This document shows positions 30,629-40,166 of a DNA stretch of 64,000 nucleotides, one piece after another. A program made the translations under genes and the position numbers. The DNA is from Verrucomicrobiales bacterium. Its GTDB lineage: Bacteria; Verrucomicrobiota; Verrucomicrobiia; Verrucomicrobiales; V1-33. The notes beneath the pieces were generated by a model. It was given only the letters and a program-made list of their open reading frames with translations, had not been told where the DNA came from and did not search any database. The stretch covers positions 64,001 through 128,000 of the forward strand of contig JANOAV010000157.1 of NCBI GenBank assembly GCA_031411295.1, in the 5' to 3' direction. Position 1 is the first letter of the stretch; every line of letters starts with the position of its first letter.

Positions 30629-31630
30629 ATGTCCTCCCTTCGATTTCCTCAATTCCTTGCCTTGATCTGCTCAACCGGGGTCGCATTCTCCGCCCCAGTT
30701 GCGGTGAATGATACCTACACGGTTACTGAAGACTCCACCATAAGCGTTGGCCAAGGCACCCAGACCTATCTTTCCGCCAATTTCGAAACTGCGGCCAATG
30801 TGGTTGGAGGTGCGTGGGACTATTTGGACAAGATGCAAAATCAATTTGGAACGAATTTGAGCTATCCGATTGATGGCTCGAGCAATAATTGGAAATCTGT
30901 CGGCTTCAATGTTGCGTCGTCCAGCGTCGGTCCGTGGGGGAGTTCGGCCATGCCGATCCAGGGCGGCGGGCTCACTGGACTGCCGGGAGCAGCCAATACA
31001 CTGACCGGGATGACAGGCGGCCCGGCCGGGGAATATCTTGTTACAACCTATCTGTTTCGTAAAACCTTCACCCTATCTGCAGCGCAGACGGCGGTGGCGA
31101 ACTGGACGCTGCGCTACTTGGTGGATGACGGAGCGGTCTTCTATCTTAACGGTCAGCAGATTGACATTTACAACCTGAATCCAACCCTCACGGTGCCCCC
31201 GGGCGATCTCACATCTAACACCGCTGCGCCAGCCAGTGGGGATGAGGCGAACTACACCTCGAAAATCCTCGACCTAACGGGTAAACTCAGCGCTGGACTC
31301 AATGTGCTGGCGGTGGAAGTTCACCAATCGCATGGCGGAAACTATACGAGTTCAGATGTCGGAATCGATCTTACGCTAACCCCCACCACGGATCAAACAC
31401 AGGGCTTCACCGAGGTTCCAGATGCATTTTTTAGCACCACCCGGCCAGATAAGGAAGCCTTCAGTCTCGCGGCAGGAACCGGCACGAACACTTCCCAGGC
31501 CTATTCGATGACAATGGGGGGATGTGCGTTTGGGGATACCACGCCCGGCAAGCCACCTCGGCTGCTATCCGTCGGGTCATCAATCTGCCCACAGGTGGGG
31601 CCGCGACTTTATCCTTCCGCTATCGCTTAA
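30629..31630 (+). CDS. N-terminal part of a frameshifted large surface protein (signal peptide, first half of an Ig-like repeat, jelly-roll domain)
   Basis: ATG 30629 MSSLRFPQFLALICSTGVAFSA, then PVAVNDTYTVTED and LVDDGAVFYLNG...NVLAVEVHQ. The reading turns non-homologous after ~31550, where the -1 frame continues. Confidence 0.75.
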   Translation: MSSLRFPQFLALICSTGVAFSAPVAVNDTYTVTEDSTISVGQGTQTYLSANFETAANVVGGAWDYLDKMQNQFGTNLSYPIDGSSNNWKSVGFNVASSSVGPWGSSAMPIQGGGLTGLPGAANTLTGMTGGPAGEYLVTTYLFRKTFTLSAAQTAVANWTLRYLVDDGAVFYLNGQQIDIYNLNPTLTVPPGDLTSNTAAPASGDEANYTSKILDLTGKLSAGLNVLAVEVHQSHGGNYTSSDVGIDLTLTPTTDQTQGFTEVPDAFFSTTRPDKEAFSLAAGTGTNTSQAYSMTMGGCAFGDTTPGKPPRLLSVGSSICPQVGPRLYPSAIA

Positions 31631-34600
31631 TCGTCAATAGCAATTACGAAAATGACGAATACGGGGAGGCTATCGCAGAAATTAATGGCACCAAACTCGG
31701 GACCGTCACGGATCCTTCACGTCCTGGGACCAATGTCCTCGCCTATCGCTTCGGAAACGGCAATGGTGGAGCCAACGATGACACCGGATGGGTGACCGCC
31801 AGCTTCAGTCTGAATTTGACCGCCGGAAACCAAACCCTCCTCCTCGGGGGATACAATAATAAATCCACCAGCAGCGAGGAACAAACTTCAGTCTGGTTCG
31901 ACGACGTTGAATTAACCGTAGCTGGGGTTTCCAATGGGCTGCTTTCCAATGACACCGGTGGAGCCACTGCAGCCATCAAATTGACCGATCCCACCAAGGG
32001 CACCGTCAACATGAACTCGGATGGAACATTTATTTACACGCCAAATGCGAATGCCAACGGCACGGACACGTTTACCTACAAGGCCAGCGACGGCATTGAG
32101 GAAAGCCCCCCAGCCACTGTTACCATCAACATCACCCCAGTGAACGATCCCCCCTTGGCCGTAGCCAATAGCTATACGCTGGCCGAGGACACGATCCTAA
32201 CTGTAAACGCTGCGACCGGGATCCTGAGCAACGACACCGATATTGATAGTCCCTCCTTGACCGCTGTCATCGTGGCGCAGCCGTCCTCCGGTTCACTTAC
32301 GCTGAACGCAAACGGGAGTTTCAGTTACACCCCAGTGGTAGATTTTTTCGGCACGGTTACTTTCACCTATCGGGCCAATGATGGGGCGCTGAATTCTAAT
32401 ACCGTGACCGTGACTCTAAATGTCACCCCGGTCAATGAAACTCCGGTCACGGGACCTGCCGAAAGCTACTCGCTTCCGAAAAACACCGTGTTCACGATCA
32501 CCAACGTAAACGGCACAAACGTGACCGAAGACGTCATCCTGAGCGCGGTGCGTAATGGCAGCAATGCGATCACGACCCCTGGCTCGCTGTGGCGTTACTC
32601 GGATGTAGGTCAACTCTCCGTGGCCGCGCAAGCCAATTGGAAGAAATTGAGTTTCGTCGATACCCTCTGGAAGGAAGGCGCTTCCGAACTTGGCTATGGC
32701 GACGGGCCCACCGTTCCCGAAGCCACCATCATCGAGGACAATCCGGTGGCTGGCTACGTCGGTGCTGATACCGATCGCTACTGGACGGCCTATTTCCGGA
32801 AAAAGGTTAGCATTCCCAGAGTCAACGAAATCACCAGCGTCTCACTGCAAGTGCTGCGCGATGATGGAGCCGTGATTTATCTCAATGAAAATGAGGTTTT
32901 TCGTTACGCTCTGACTGCGAATCCAGGTTACACCACTCCGTCTTCCGTTGGGGTAACGGGGGCGGATGAATATACTTTTTTTGATGCGGCCAATATCGGC
33001 ACGGGAACTAATCAGAACTGGACCCAGATCGTTCCCAACCCAGCTCAACTGGTCGAAGGGGATAATATTTTCGCAGTGGAAGTTCATCAAAACGTGCAAA
33101 GCAGCTCAGATCTGAGTTTTGATCTGAAGTTCACCGTCACCCGCCAAACCAGCCCTGGATTGCTCTTCAATGATTCCGATCCCGATGGCGATCCTATCAC
33201 CGCCCGACTCGTGACTCAAGCCGCCAACGGGACCGTGACCATTAATCCAAACGGCAGGTTCTCCTACACTCCGAACCTCGCCTATGTGGGCACGGACACC
33301 TTCCGTTACGACGTGTTTGACGGCACCAGCGCCAGTCCTCCCGTGACCGTAGCCCTGACGATTACGCAGGGAGGAAATGTCCCTCCCGTCGCGAACGCTG
33401 ACACTTATAATGGCACGGAAGACACCACGCTGACCGTCAACGCTGCGCAGGGAGTCCTCGCCAACGACGTAGAACCAGATGGCGATCCGTTTACCGCTGT
33501 CCTCGTCACACAGCCAACGAAAGGCACCGTCAGCCTCATTGCCAATGGATCTTTTGTTTACACTCCACTAGCCAATCTCAATGGCACGGACACCTTCACC
33601 TACAAGGCAACTGATGGCTCAGACTCCCCGCCCGCCACCGTCACTATTAACCTCGCTGCAGTGAATGACCTCCCGGTGGCGGTGAATGACGTTTACGGAG
33701 CAGAACCGGGACAAAACCTTGCCATCAATGCCGCCCAAGGCGTCCTCGCGAATGATACTGATGTCGATGGAAACAGCCTCACAGCTGTCCTTGTCAGTCC
33801 ACCCAGCAGCGGAACGCTGGTCCTCAATGCCAACGGATCTTTCAATTACACTTCAGTGGCGGCTGGCAATTTCACCTTCACTTATCGGGCCAACGACGGC
33901 AATGGGACCTCCAATCTGGCCACCGTCACCCTTGCCATCAATGCCGCCCCGATCGGAACTGCTGATAGTTATACCACGTTGGAAGATGTAACACTCAACG
34001 TGCCTGGTGCCTCGGGCGTTCTGGCAAATGATAGTGATCCCGAGGGACAACCGCTGACAGCCATTTTGATCAGCCCTCCCGCCGCTGGGGGCAGCCTCAC
34101 GCTCAACCCCAACGGATCGTTCACCTACACCCCTCCAACCAATCGTGACCTGCCGGTGACCTTCGTGTATCAAGCCTCCGACGGCTTCCGCACCTCCGCC
34201 AACGTCACCGTCACGATCAACCTAACGCCCGTCAATGACGCCCCCGCTGCCGCCAATGATAGCTCCACTGCTCTCGTAAACCAAGCGTTGACGGTTTCTG
34301 CCCCTGGCGTGCTGGGCAATGATTCCGATGTGGAAGGCAATGCCATTTCCGCCATCATTGAAACGCAGCCCGCCCACGGCACCGTGACTCTTAATGCCAA
34401 CGGCAGCTTCGTTTACACGCCGACTCTTGACTACACTGGGCCAGATAGCTTCACCTATCGCGCCTTCGATGGCGTTAATGTTTCTGCTCCCGCCACTGTT
34501 AACCTCACCGTAGCCGCAGGGTCCGTCATCGTGATCAATGAAATCATGCTGCGTCCCAACACCACGTTCCCCGAAGCCACCAACCGTGAATGGATCGAAA

Positions 34601-37600
34601 TCTACAATCGTGGCACCTCTCCGGCCAATATTTCCAACTGGAAAATTGATTCCGGAGTGGATTTCACCTTCCCCGCGAATCTCTCAATCCCAGCCGGCGG
34701 CTATCTTGTAATCGCAGCGAACGTGGCGGCGTTCCAAGCCGCCAATCCCGCCGTAACTAACGCCATCGGCGGCTGGTTGGGGACGCTCAGCAATACTTCT
34801 AATACCATTTCCTTGGCCGATGCCGACGGCAATCGGATCGACAGCGTAACCTATGCCACAGAGGGCGATTGGAGTCAGCGCATTCGTGAAACAACGTTCA
34901 ATGGTTGGGCCTGGAGCACCGCCACCAATGGCGGCGGCAAGAGCATCGAGTTGCGCAACCCCCAACTCAGCAATGACAACGGCCAAAACTGGATCGCTTC
35001 CACCCCCGCGAATGGAACCCCGGGTGTCGTCAACAGCGCCTTCACCACCAATGTTCCGCCCATCATTAAAGCCGTCAAACATAGCCCTGCGGTGCCAAAA
35101 CCCACAGACACTGTGGTTATTTCGTGCGAACTTAATGATGAACTGCCTAACGCCAAATTGAGCGCCACCCTTTTTTGGCGCGATGTCACGACGACTACGC
35201 CGGGGTCCTTTGCTTCCATTCCGATGTCAACGGATGGTAATGAAAAGTGGTTCGCGCCACTGCCACCGCAAGTCAACCTCACGATCATTGAATTCTACAT
35301 TTCCGCCACTGACGGGACCAATACCCGCACCTGGCCCGCACCCACCGCTGAAGGGCAAAATGCTAACTGTCAGTATCAAGTCGATGATGCGCCCACCTCC
35401 ACCACGGCGGAGATGTATCGGTTAATCTTAACCGCTGCCGAAAACACGGCTTTCAACAACGTAGCCATCAGCAGCGACCGGCAGTTTAACCAAACCCTGA
35501 TCGTAACCCGCGGAACCGAAACGAGCATTCGTTATCGTTGCGACATGCGCATCCGTGGTAACTCCAGTCGTAGTTATCAATTCAAGCCTCTGCGCATCAG
35601 CATCCCCGCTGACGACGATTTGAATGGCAGCACGAAGTTCAATCTGAACCCCAAAGCATCGTTCCTGCAATACTTCGGAATGCGGCTGTTCCAAGCTTCC
35701 GGCATTCGTGCCCCGGACGCCATTCCAGCGGATCTGCGTCGCAATGGGATTAAATCCACGACCAGCAGCGGCAATGCCCCCGACTATGGCCTGTGGGTGC
35801 GGGTCGAGGACGTCAGTTCTGAATTGGTGAATACCCACTGGCCCCTAGCCGACACCGGAGGGGTTTACAAGAAAGGCCGCAACGACTATTATTGGCGTGC
35901 CACGCAGGCCGCACCGGGCAACCCGGATTCGCTGCTTGATGGATGGACCAAGCAGAATAATTCCTCTGCTAACGACTGGTCGGATGTGACGAATTTCTTC
36001 TCGGTCTGGCAGGCTAATACCGCCGTGCACTTTCCGGGCTCCGCCGCCAATGACGTTGCAGGCAGCGGCGGCGCCTCGATCACGGGTAACGGCAACTGGG
36101 CGGGAACGGCATTTAGTGCAGCGGAAATAGCCAATCTCGAAACCGTCTCCGACTTTGACCAATGGGCTCGTTGGTTTGCCGTCATGACGCTGATTCAAGA
36201 CAATGAAACGAACATTTCCAACGGCCAAGATGATGACTATGCCGCTTACTTTGAACCCTCCACCATTGGCGGCATCCCCCGTCGTCGCATGCAGTTAGTG
36301 CCCCACGATTTGGATACTATTTTCGGGATTGGCGACAACGTCACTTCTCACGGCCTTTTTGATATGACGGATGAAAGTTACGTCTTTCGGCCGCTCCTGC
36401 CATTGTTTGGAAATAGCACCACCCCCGGCAACGCAGCCTTCCGCACCAAATATTTCAACGCTCTGCGCGAGCTTATTGGCACTGTCTTCAATGCGGATAC
36501 CACGAGTGATCCCAATCCTCCTTTTTACCGGCTGCTGGACCATCATTTAGGGAATTGGGTTCCGGAAGCCACCCGCACCTCCATGAAGGATTTCATGCGC
36601 CAGCGGGGGACCTACTTATTAGGACTCATGAGCCAAACGGCCACCACTCCTCCTGCCGCCACTTCCACCGCCACCCTAACTGTAGCGCACGGCACGCTCT
36701 TCATTCATGAAATCATGGCCAACAACGTTTCGGCCCACGCCAACGGCATCACGTTCCCAGACGTCATCGAACTCCGCAATACCAGCGCGACCGCCGTCAG
36801 CCTCGCAGGCATGAGCATCACTGATGATCCCCTGCTGAAAGCCAAATTCGTCTTCCCTGTCGGCACCAGCATTCCAGCCAATGGCCTGCTCGTCCTCTAC
36901 GCCGACTCTGCCACGACTCAACCGGGCCTCCACCTTGGCTTCGGCCTTGATTCAGATGTTGATACCGTGGCACTCTATCAAACGGTGGCCAACGGGCAGG
37001 CCCTCATCGACAGCGTCACTTTCGGCCTCCAACCGGCCAACTACAGCATCGGCCGCACCGGAGCCAATTTCGATGTCTGGACCCTCTGCACACCCACCGT
37101 GGGGCTGGCCAATACCGCCGTCGCCACGCTGAGTCCCCCCACCGGACTCCGCATTAACGAGTGGCTCGGCAATGCCGACTACCGAGCGGCCGATGATTTC
37201 ATCGAAATCCACAATTCCGCAGCCAATCCTGTCACCCTGAGTGGGATGCGCTTAACCGATGATTTCATTAACTATCCGGACCGTGGCCTGATCGTTCCCC
37301 TCAGCTACATCGGTCCCGGCAGCTTTATCGACTTTCTGCCCAAGGGCAGCAGCGCCAGTCCTGGTAATGCGCGCGAACTCAACTACAAACTCGGCTCCAC
37401 CTTCGGAAACGTCACCCTGTTAGGCGCAAATCTTAGCCAGGTAGACCAAGTCGCGACCGTTTCTCATTTCCGTGACCAATCCATCGGCCGACTCCCCGAT
37501 TCCGGCCCAGCGATTTCTGGCCTGTCCATTCCCTCCCCTGGATTTTCCAATGCTCCGCTGGATGTCAATCAGATCAATCTCATCAACTTCCTGCGCATAA

Positions 37601-38706
37601 CCGAGTTGATGTATAACCCATCCAGCACCGCACGCTCGGAATATATCGAACTCCGCAACATGAGCGATAAATCCGCCACCCCCGTGGTGCTGGATCTCAC
37701 TGGAGTCACCTTCTCCAAAGGCATCTCCTACACCTTCCCCGCCATGACCCTGGCGGCTGGAGCGCATGTCGTGATTGCTGCAGATACGGCTAAATTTACC
37801 ACCCAATTCCCCGCCGTTCCCGTGTTAGGACCTTGGCCGGCCACCAGCAAACTCAGCAACAAAGACGACCGAGTCCGCTTGGAGATTTCTGGCGCCGGAG
37901 TCGCGATTTTAGATTTCCACTACTATGATGACTGGTATCCTTCCACCGACGGACAAGGCTCCGCCCTGCAAATCGTGGATGGCACCGCCGCGCCAGCCCA
38001 GTGGGATAAGCAAGTCGGCTGGCAAGCCAGTGCCCCTAATCCCGGCAGCAGCCCACCGTTCAGTATCAGCGCTGGCATCGACCTTTTTGGCAACATCGCC
38101 ACGCCCATCCTGCTGGATGGAGCCATCCAACCTGGGGCCGTTGCACCACAAGACATCTCTGTGCTCTGGACCAAAGAATCCGGCCCTGGCACCGTGACCT
38201 TCACCACCGCCAACTACCAGGACGCGAACGGTCGCTTCTCCGCTCCGGGCGTCTATGTGCTGAGATTTACCGCCACCGCCGGAGCCACCACCATCTCCGA
38301 CACCGTGCAAGTCACCATCGCTGAAGATTACAACACCTGGGTCGCCCGCCTGCTCGCCAGCCAATCCCCCGCCAATCAAGCCAAAGGCGCAGATCCGGAC
38401 AAAGACGGCATCAGTAACCTCATCGAATACGCCACCGGATCCAATCCCCTGGCCGCCAACAGCGTCCTCACACCCACTTGGATTAATGATCACCTCGGCG
38501 TGCGCTATCCTCTCTCCGCCACCCTGCCGCAGGACATCCAAGTCATTACCCAGCTCTCCTACGATCTCCAAACTTGGTTCGACAACGTCACCAACAACAG
38601 CATGGAAAGCGCCACCACCAGCCAGCAAGAATGGCTCTCCGAAGACCTGAGTTCTCCCGCCCCCGAAGGCCGCACCTACTTCCGTCTAAAAGTTATTTGT
38701 CCGTAA
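31522..38706 (+). CDS. Main part of the frameshifted surface protein: tandem Ig/cadherin-like (Big_9/tandem-95) repeats, lamin-tail domains, CotH kinase-like domain, PKD-like domain, verrucomicrobial C-terminal domain
   Basis: No signal peptide of its own. Repeats GVLANDxDxDGxxLTA...NGSFxYTP...DTFTY; lamin-tail INEIM...EWIEIYN; CotH-like DMRIRGNSSR, KFNLN, HDLDTIFG; C-terminal DPDKDGISNLIEYATG...RTYFRLKV. The joined product would be ~2690 aa. Confidence 0.8.
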   Translation: MCVWGYHARQATSAAIRRVINLPTGGAATLSFRYRLIVNSNYENDEYGEAIAEINGTKLGTVTDPSRPGTNVLAYRFGNGNGGANDDTGWVTASFSLNLTAGNQTLLLGGYNNKSTSSEEQTSVWFDDVELTVAGVSNGLLSNDTGGATAAIKLTDPTKGTVNMNSDGTFIYTPNANANGTDTFTYKASDGIEESPPATVTINITPVNDPPLAVANSYTLAEDTILTVNAATGILSNDTDIDSPSLTAVIVAQPSSGSLTLNANGSFSYTPVVDFFGTVTFTYRANDGALNSNTVTVTLNVTPVNETPVTGPAESYSLPKNTVFTITNVNGTNVTEDVILSAVRNGSNAITTPGSLWRYSDVGQLSVAAQANWKKLSFVDTLWKEGASELGYGDGPTVPEATIIEDNPVAGYVGADTDRYWTAYFRKKVSIPRVNEITSVSLQVLRDDGAVIYLNENEVFRYALTANPGYTTPSSVGVTGADEYTFFDAANIGTGTNQNWTQIVPNPAQLVEGDNIFAVEVHQNVQSSSDLSFDLKFTVTRQTSPGLLFNDSDPDGDPITARLVTQAANGTVTINPNGRFSYTPNLAYVGTDTFRYDVFDGTSASPPVTVALTITQGGNVPPVANADTYNGTEDTTLTVNAAQGVLANDVEPDGDPFTAVLVTQPTKGTVSLIANGSFVYTPLANLNGTDTFTYKATDGSDSPPATVTINLAAVNDLPVAVNDVYGAEPGQNLAINAAQGVLANDTDVDGNSLTAVLVSPPSSGTLVLNANGSFNYTSVAAGNFTFTYRANDGNGTSNLATVTLAINAAPIGTADSYTTLEDVTLNVPGASGVLANDSDPEGQPLTAILISPPAAGGSLTLNPNGSFTYTPPTNRDLPVTFVYQASDGFRTSANVTVTINLTPVNDAPAAANDSSTALVNQALTVSAPGVLGNDSDVEGNAISAIIETQPAHGTVTLNANGSFVYTPTLDYTGPDSFTYRAFDGVNVSAPATVNLTVAAGSVIVINEIMLRPNTTFPEATNREWIEIYNRGTSPANISNWKIDSGVDFTFPANLSIPAGGYLVIAANVAAFQAANPAVTNAIGGWLGTLSNTSNTISLADADGNRIDSVTYATEGDWSQRIRETTFNGWAWSTATNGGGKSIELRNPQLSNDNGQNWIASTPANGTPGVVNSAFTTNVPPIIKAVKHSPAVPKPTDTVVISCELNDELPNAKLSATLFWRDVTTTTPGSFASIPMSTDGNEKWFAPLPPQVNLTIIEFYISATDGTNTRTWPAPTAEGQNANCQYQVDDAPTSTTAEMYRLILTAAENTAFNNVAISSDRQFNQTLIVTRGTETSIRYRCDMRIRGNSSRSYQFKPLRISIPADDDLNGSTKFNLNPKASFLQYFGMRLFQASGIRAPDAIPADLRRNGIKSTTSSGNAPDYGLWVRVEDVSSELVNTHWPLADTGGVYKKGRNDYYWRATQAAPGNPDSLLDGWTKQNNSSANDWSDVTNFFSVWQANTAVHFPGSAANDVAGSGGASITGNGNWAGTAFSAAEIANLETVSDFDQWARWFAVMTLIQDNETNISNGQDDDYAAYFEPSTIGGIPRRRMQLVPHDLDTIFGIGDNVTSHGLFDMTDESYVFRPLLPLFGNSTTPGNAAFRTKYFNALRELIGTVFNADTTSDPNPPFYRLLDHHLGNWVPEATRTSMKDFMRQRGTYLLGLMSQTATTPPAATSTATLTVAHGTLFIHEIMANNVSAHANGITFPDVIELRNTSATAVSLAGMSITDDPLLKAKFVFPVGTSIPANGLLVLYADSATTQPGLHLGFGLDSDVDTVALYQTVANGQALIDSVTFGLQPANYSIGRTGANFDVWTLCTPTVGLANTAVATLSPPTGLRINEWLGNADYRAADDFIEIHNSAANPVTLSGMRLTDDFINYPDRGLIVPLSYIGPGSFIDFLPKGSSASPGNARELNYKLGSTFGNVTLLGANLSQVDQVATVSHFRDQSIGRLPDSGPAISGLSIPSPGFSNAPLDVNQINLINFLRITELMYNPSSTARSEYIELRNMSDKSATPVVLDLTGVTFSKGISYTFPAMTLAAGAHVVIAADTAKFTTQFPAVPVLGPWPATSKLSNKDDRVRLEISGAGVAILDFHYYDDWYPSTDGQGSALQIVDGTAAPAQWDKQVGWQASAPNPGSSPPFSISAGIDLFGNIATPILLDGAIQPGAVAPQDISVLWTKESGPGTVTFTTANYQDANGRFSAPGVYVLRFTATAGATTISDTVQVTIAEDYNTWVARLLASQSPANQAKGADPDKDGISNLIEYATGSNPLAANSVLTPTWINDHLGVRYPLSATLPQDIQVITQLSYDLQTWFDNVTNNSMESATTSQQEWLSEDLSSPAPEGRTYFRLKVICP

Positions 38707-38711
38707 CCCCC

Positions 38712-40154
38712 TTACCCCAGCAACTCCGTCACCACCCGTGCCTTCTGGCCATTGGTTAGACTCGCTTCGGTGCCGTTGCTCTTGTAGGTTAGTTTCTTGT
38801 GATCCAATCCGAAGAGATGCAGCAGTGTAGCATGATAGTCGGTGTGGGTGACCACGTCTTTGACGGCATGGTGGCCCCATTCATCCGTTTCCCCATAGGC
38901 TAGACCGCCTTTAAATCCTCCACCAGCCAGCCACATGCTGAAACCATAGGTATTGTGATCCCGCCCCCATTTGGCCTCACCACCGTCATTTTGCAGCACT
39001 GGAAGCCGGCCCATTTCACCGCCCCAATGCACCACCGTGGTATCCAGGAGGCCACGTTGTTTGAGATCCTTGAGCAAGGCGGCACAGGGTTGGTCCATTT
39101 CCCGGCAGCGATTCGGTAGTTCCTTATAAATGGCACCATGATGGTCCCAGGATTGGCCTTGGTTCCACACCTGCACAAAGCGCACCCCTCGTTCCACCAA
39201 CCTTCGTGCAATCAAGCAGCGCGATCCATAATCGCGCGTCACATCCTGGTCCAGGCCGTAGAGTTTCCGAATATGCTCCGGCTCATCCATGACATTCAGC
39301 GCCGCTTTGGCCGCCGTCTGCATGCTGGCAGCCAATTCGTAACTGGCAATTCGTGCCTGGAGATCCAGTTCCCCCGGATGCTGCGTGCGATGCGCTTCAT
39401 TCAAGCTGCGCAGATAGTCCAACTGGCGTCGCTGACCCTCCCCGGCCAATCGTGCCGGAGCATCCAAATTCAAAATTTGCGGAGCCTGCGCCCGCACCGC
39501 CGTGCCTTGATAAATGGAGGGCAACCAGCCACTGGACCAATTTTCATTCGTCAACAACGGCGGTCCGTGCGGACTCGTTAGGGCGACAAACGATGGCAAT
39601 TCATCGCTATGACTACCCAGCCCATAATTCAACCAACTCCCCAGCACGGGCCGACCACTCATGATGCTGCCGCTGTTTAGCGCCAGCAAGCTTTGGCCAT
39701 GGTTATTCACCCCTGTGTGCATCGATCGAATCAGACAAACATCATCCACCACCTCGCCCAAATGCGGCAACAATTCGGACAACTCCGTGCCGCATTGGCC
39801 ATGCGGTTTGAATTTAAAGGGCGAGCCCAAGACCTTACTGCTGGCTTCGGCCACGTTGTCGTATTTAATCTCTCCGGGAAATTTCTGCTGATGGTATTTC
39901 GTTAGCATCGGCTTTGGATCGAACAAATCCATCTGCGAAGGACCGCCCACCATGAACAACGAAATCATCGCCTGCGCCTGCCCAAAACTGGGCGGCATTT
40001 TCGGTCGAACATCATACCCTTCCCCCGCCCCATGCGGCTTAACGGGAGCAGCCAGCAAACCCTCCCGCTGCAGCAACGAAGTGATCGCTAGTGAACTCAG
40101 CGAGAACGCACTGGATTGTAAAAAATGACGACGAGAGCAAAGGGAGCGACGCAT
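38712..40154 (-). CDS. DUF1501 family (sulfatase-like) protein with Tat-like leader
   Basis: SRRHFLQ leader; FMVGGPSQMDLFDPKP; ARRLVERGVRFVQ; WDHH; LLDTTVVHWGGEMGR; GRDHN. Confidence 0.92.
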   Translation of the reverse strand: MRRSLCSRRHFLQSSAFSLSSLAITSLLQREGLLAAPVKPHGAGEGYDVRPKMPPSFGQAQAMISLFMVGGPSQMDLFDPKPMLTKYHQQKFPGEIKYDNVAEASSKVLGSPFKFKPHGQCGTELSELLPHLGEVVDDVCLIRSMHTGVNNHGQSLLALNSGSIMSGRPVLGSWLNYGLGSHSDELPSFVALTSPHGPPLLTNENWSSGWLPSIYQGTAVRAQAPQILNLDAPARLAGEGQRRQLDYLRSLNEAHRTQHPGELDLQARIASYELAASMQTAAKAALNVMDEPEHIRKLYGLDQDVTRDYGSRCLIARRLVERGVRFVQVWNQGQSWDHHGAIYKELPNRCREMDQPCAALLKDLKQRGLLDTTVVHWGGEMGRLPVLQNDGGEAKWGRDHNTYGFSMWLAGGGFKGGLAYGETDEWGHHAVKDVVTHTDYHATLLHLFGLDHKKLTYKSNGTEASLTNGQKARVVTELLG

Positions 40155-40166
40155 GAAATGAGAAAG

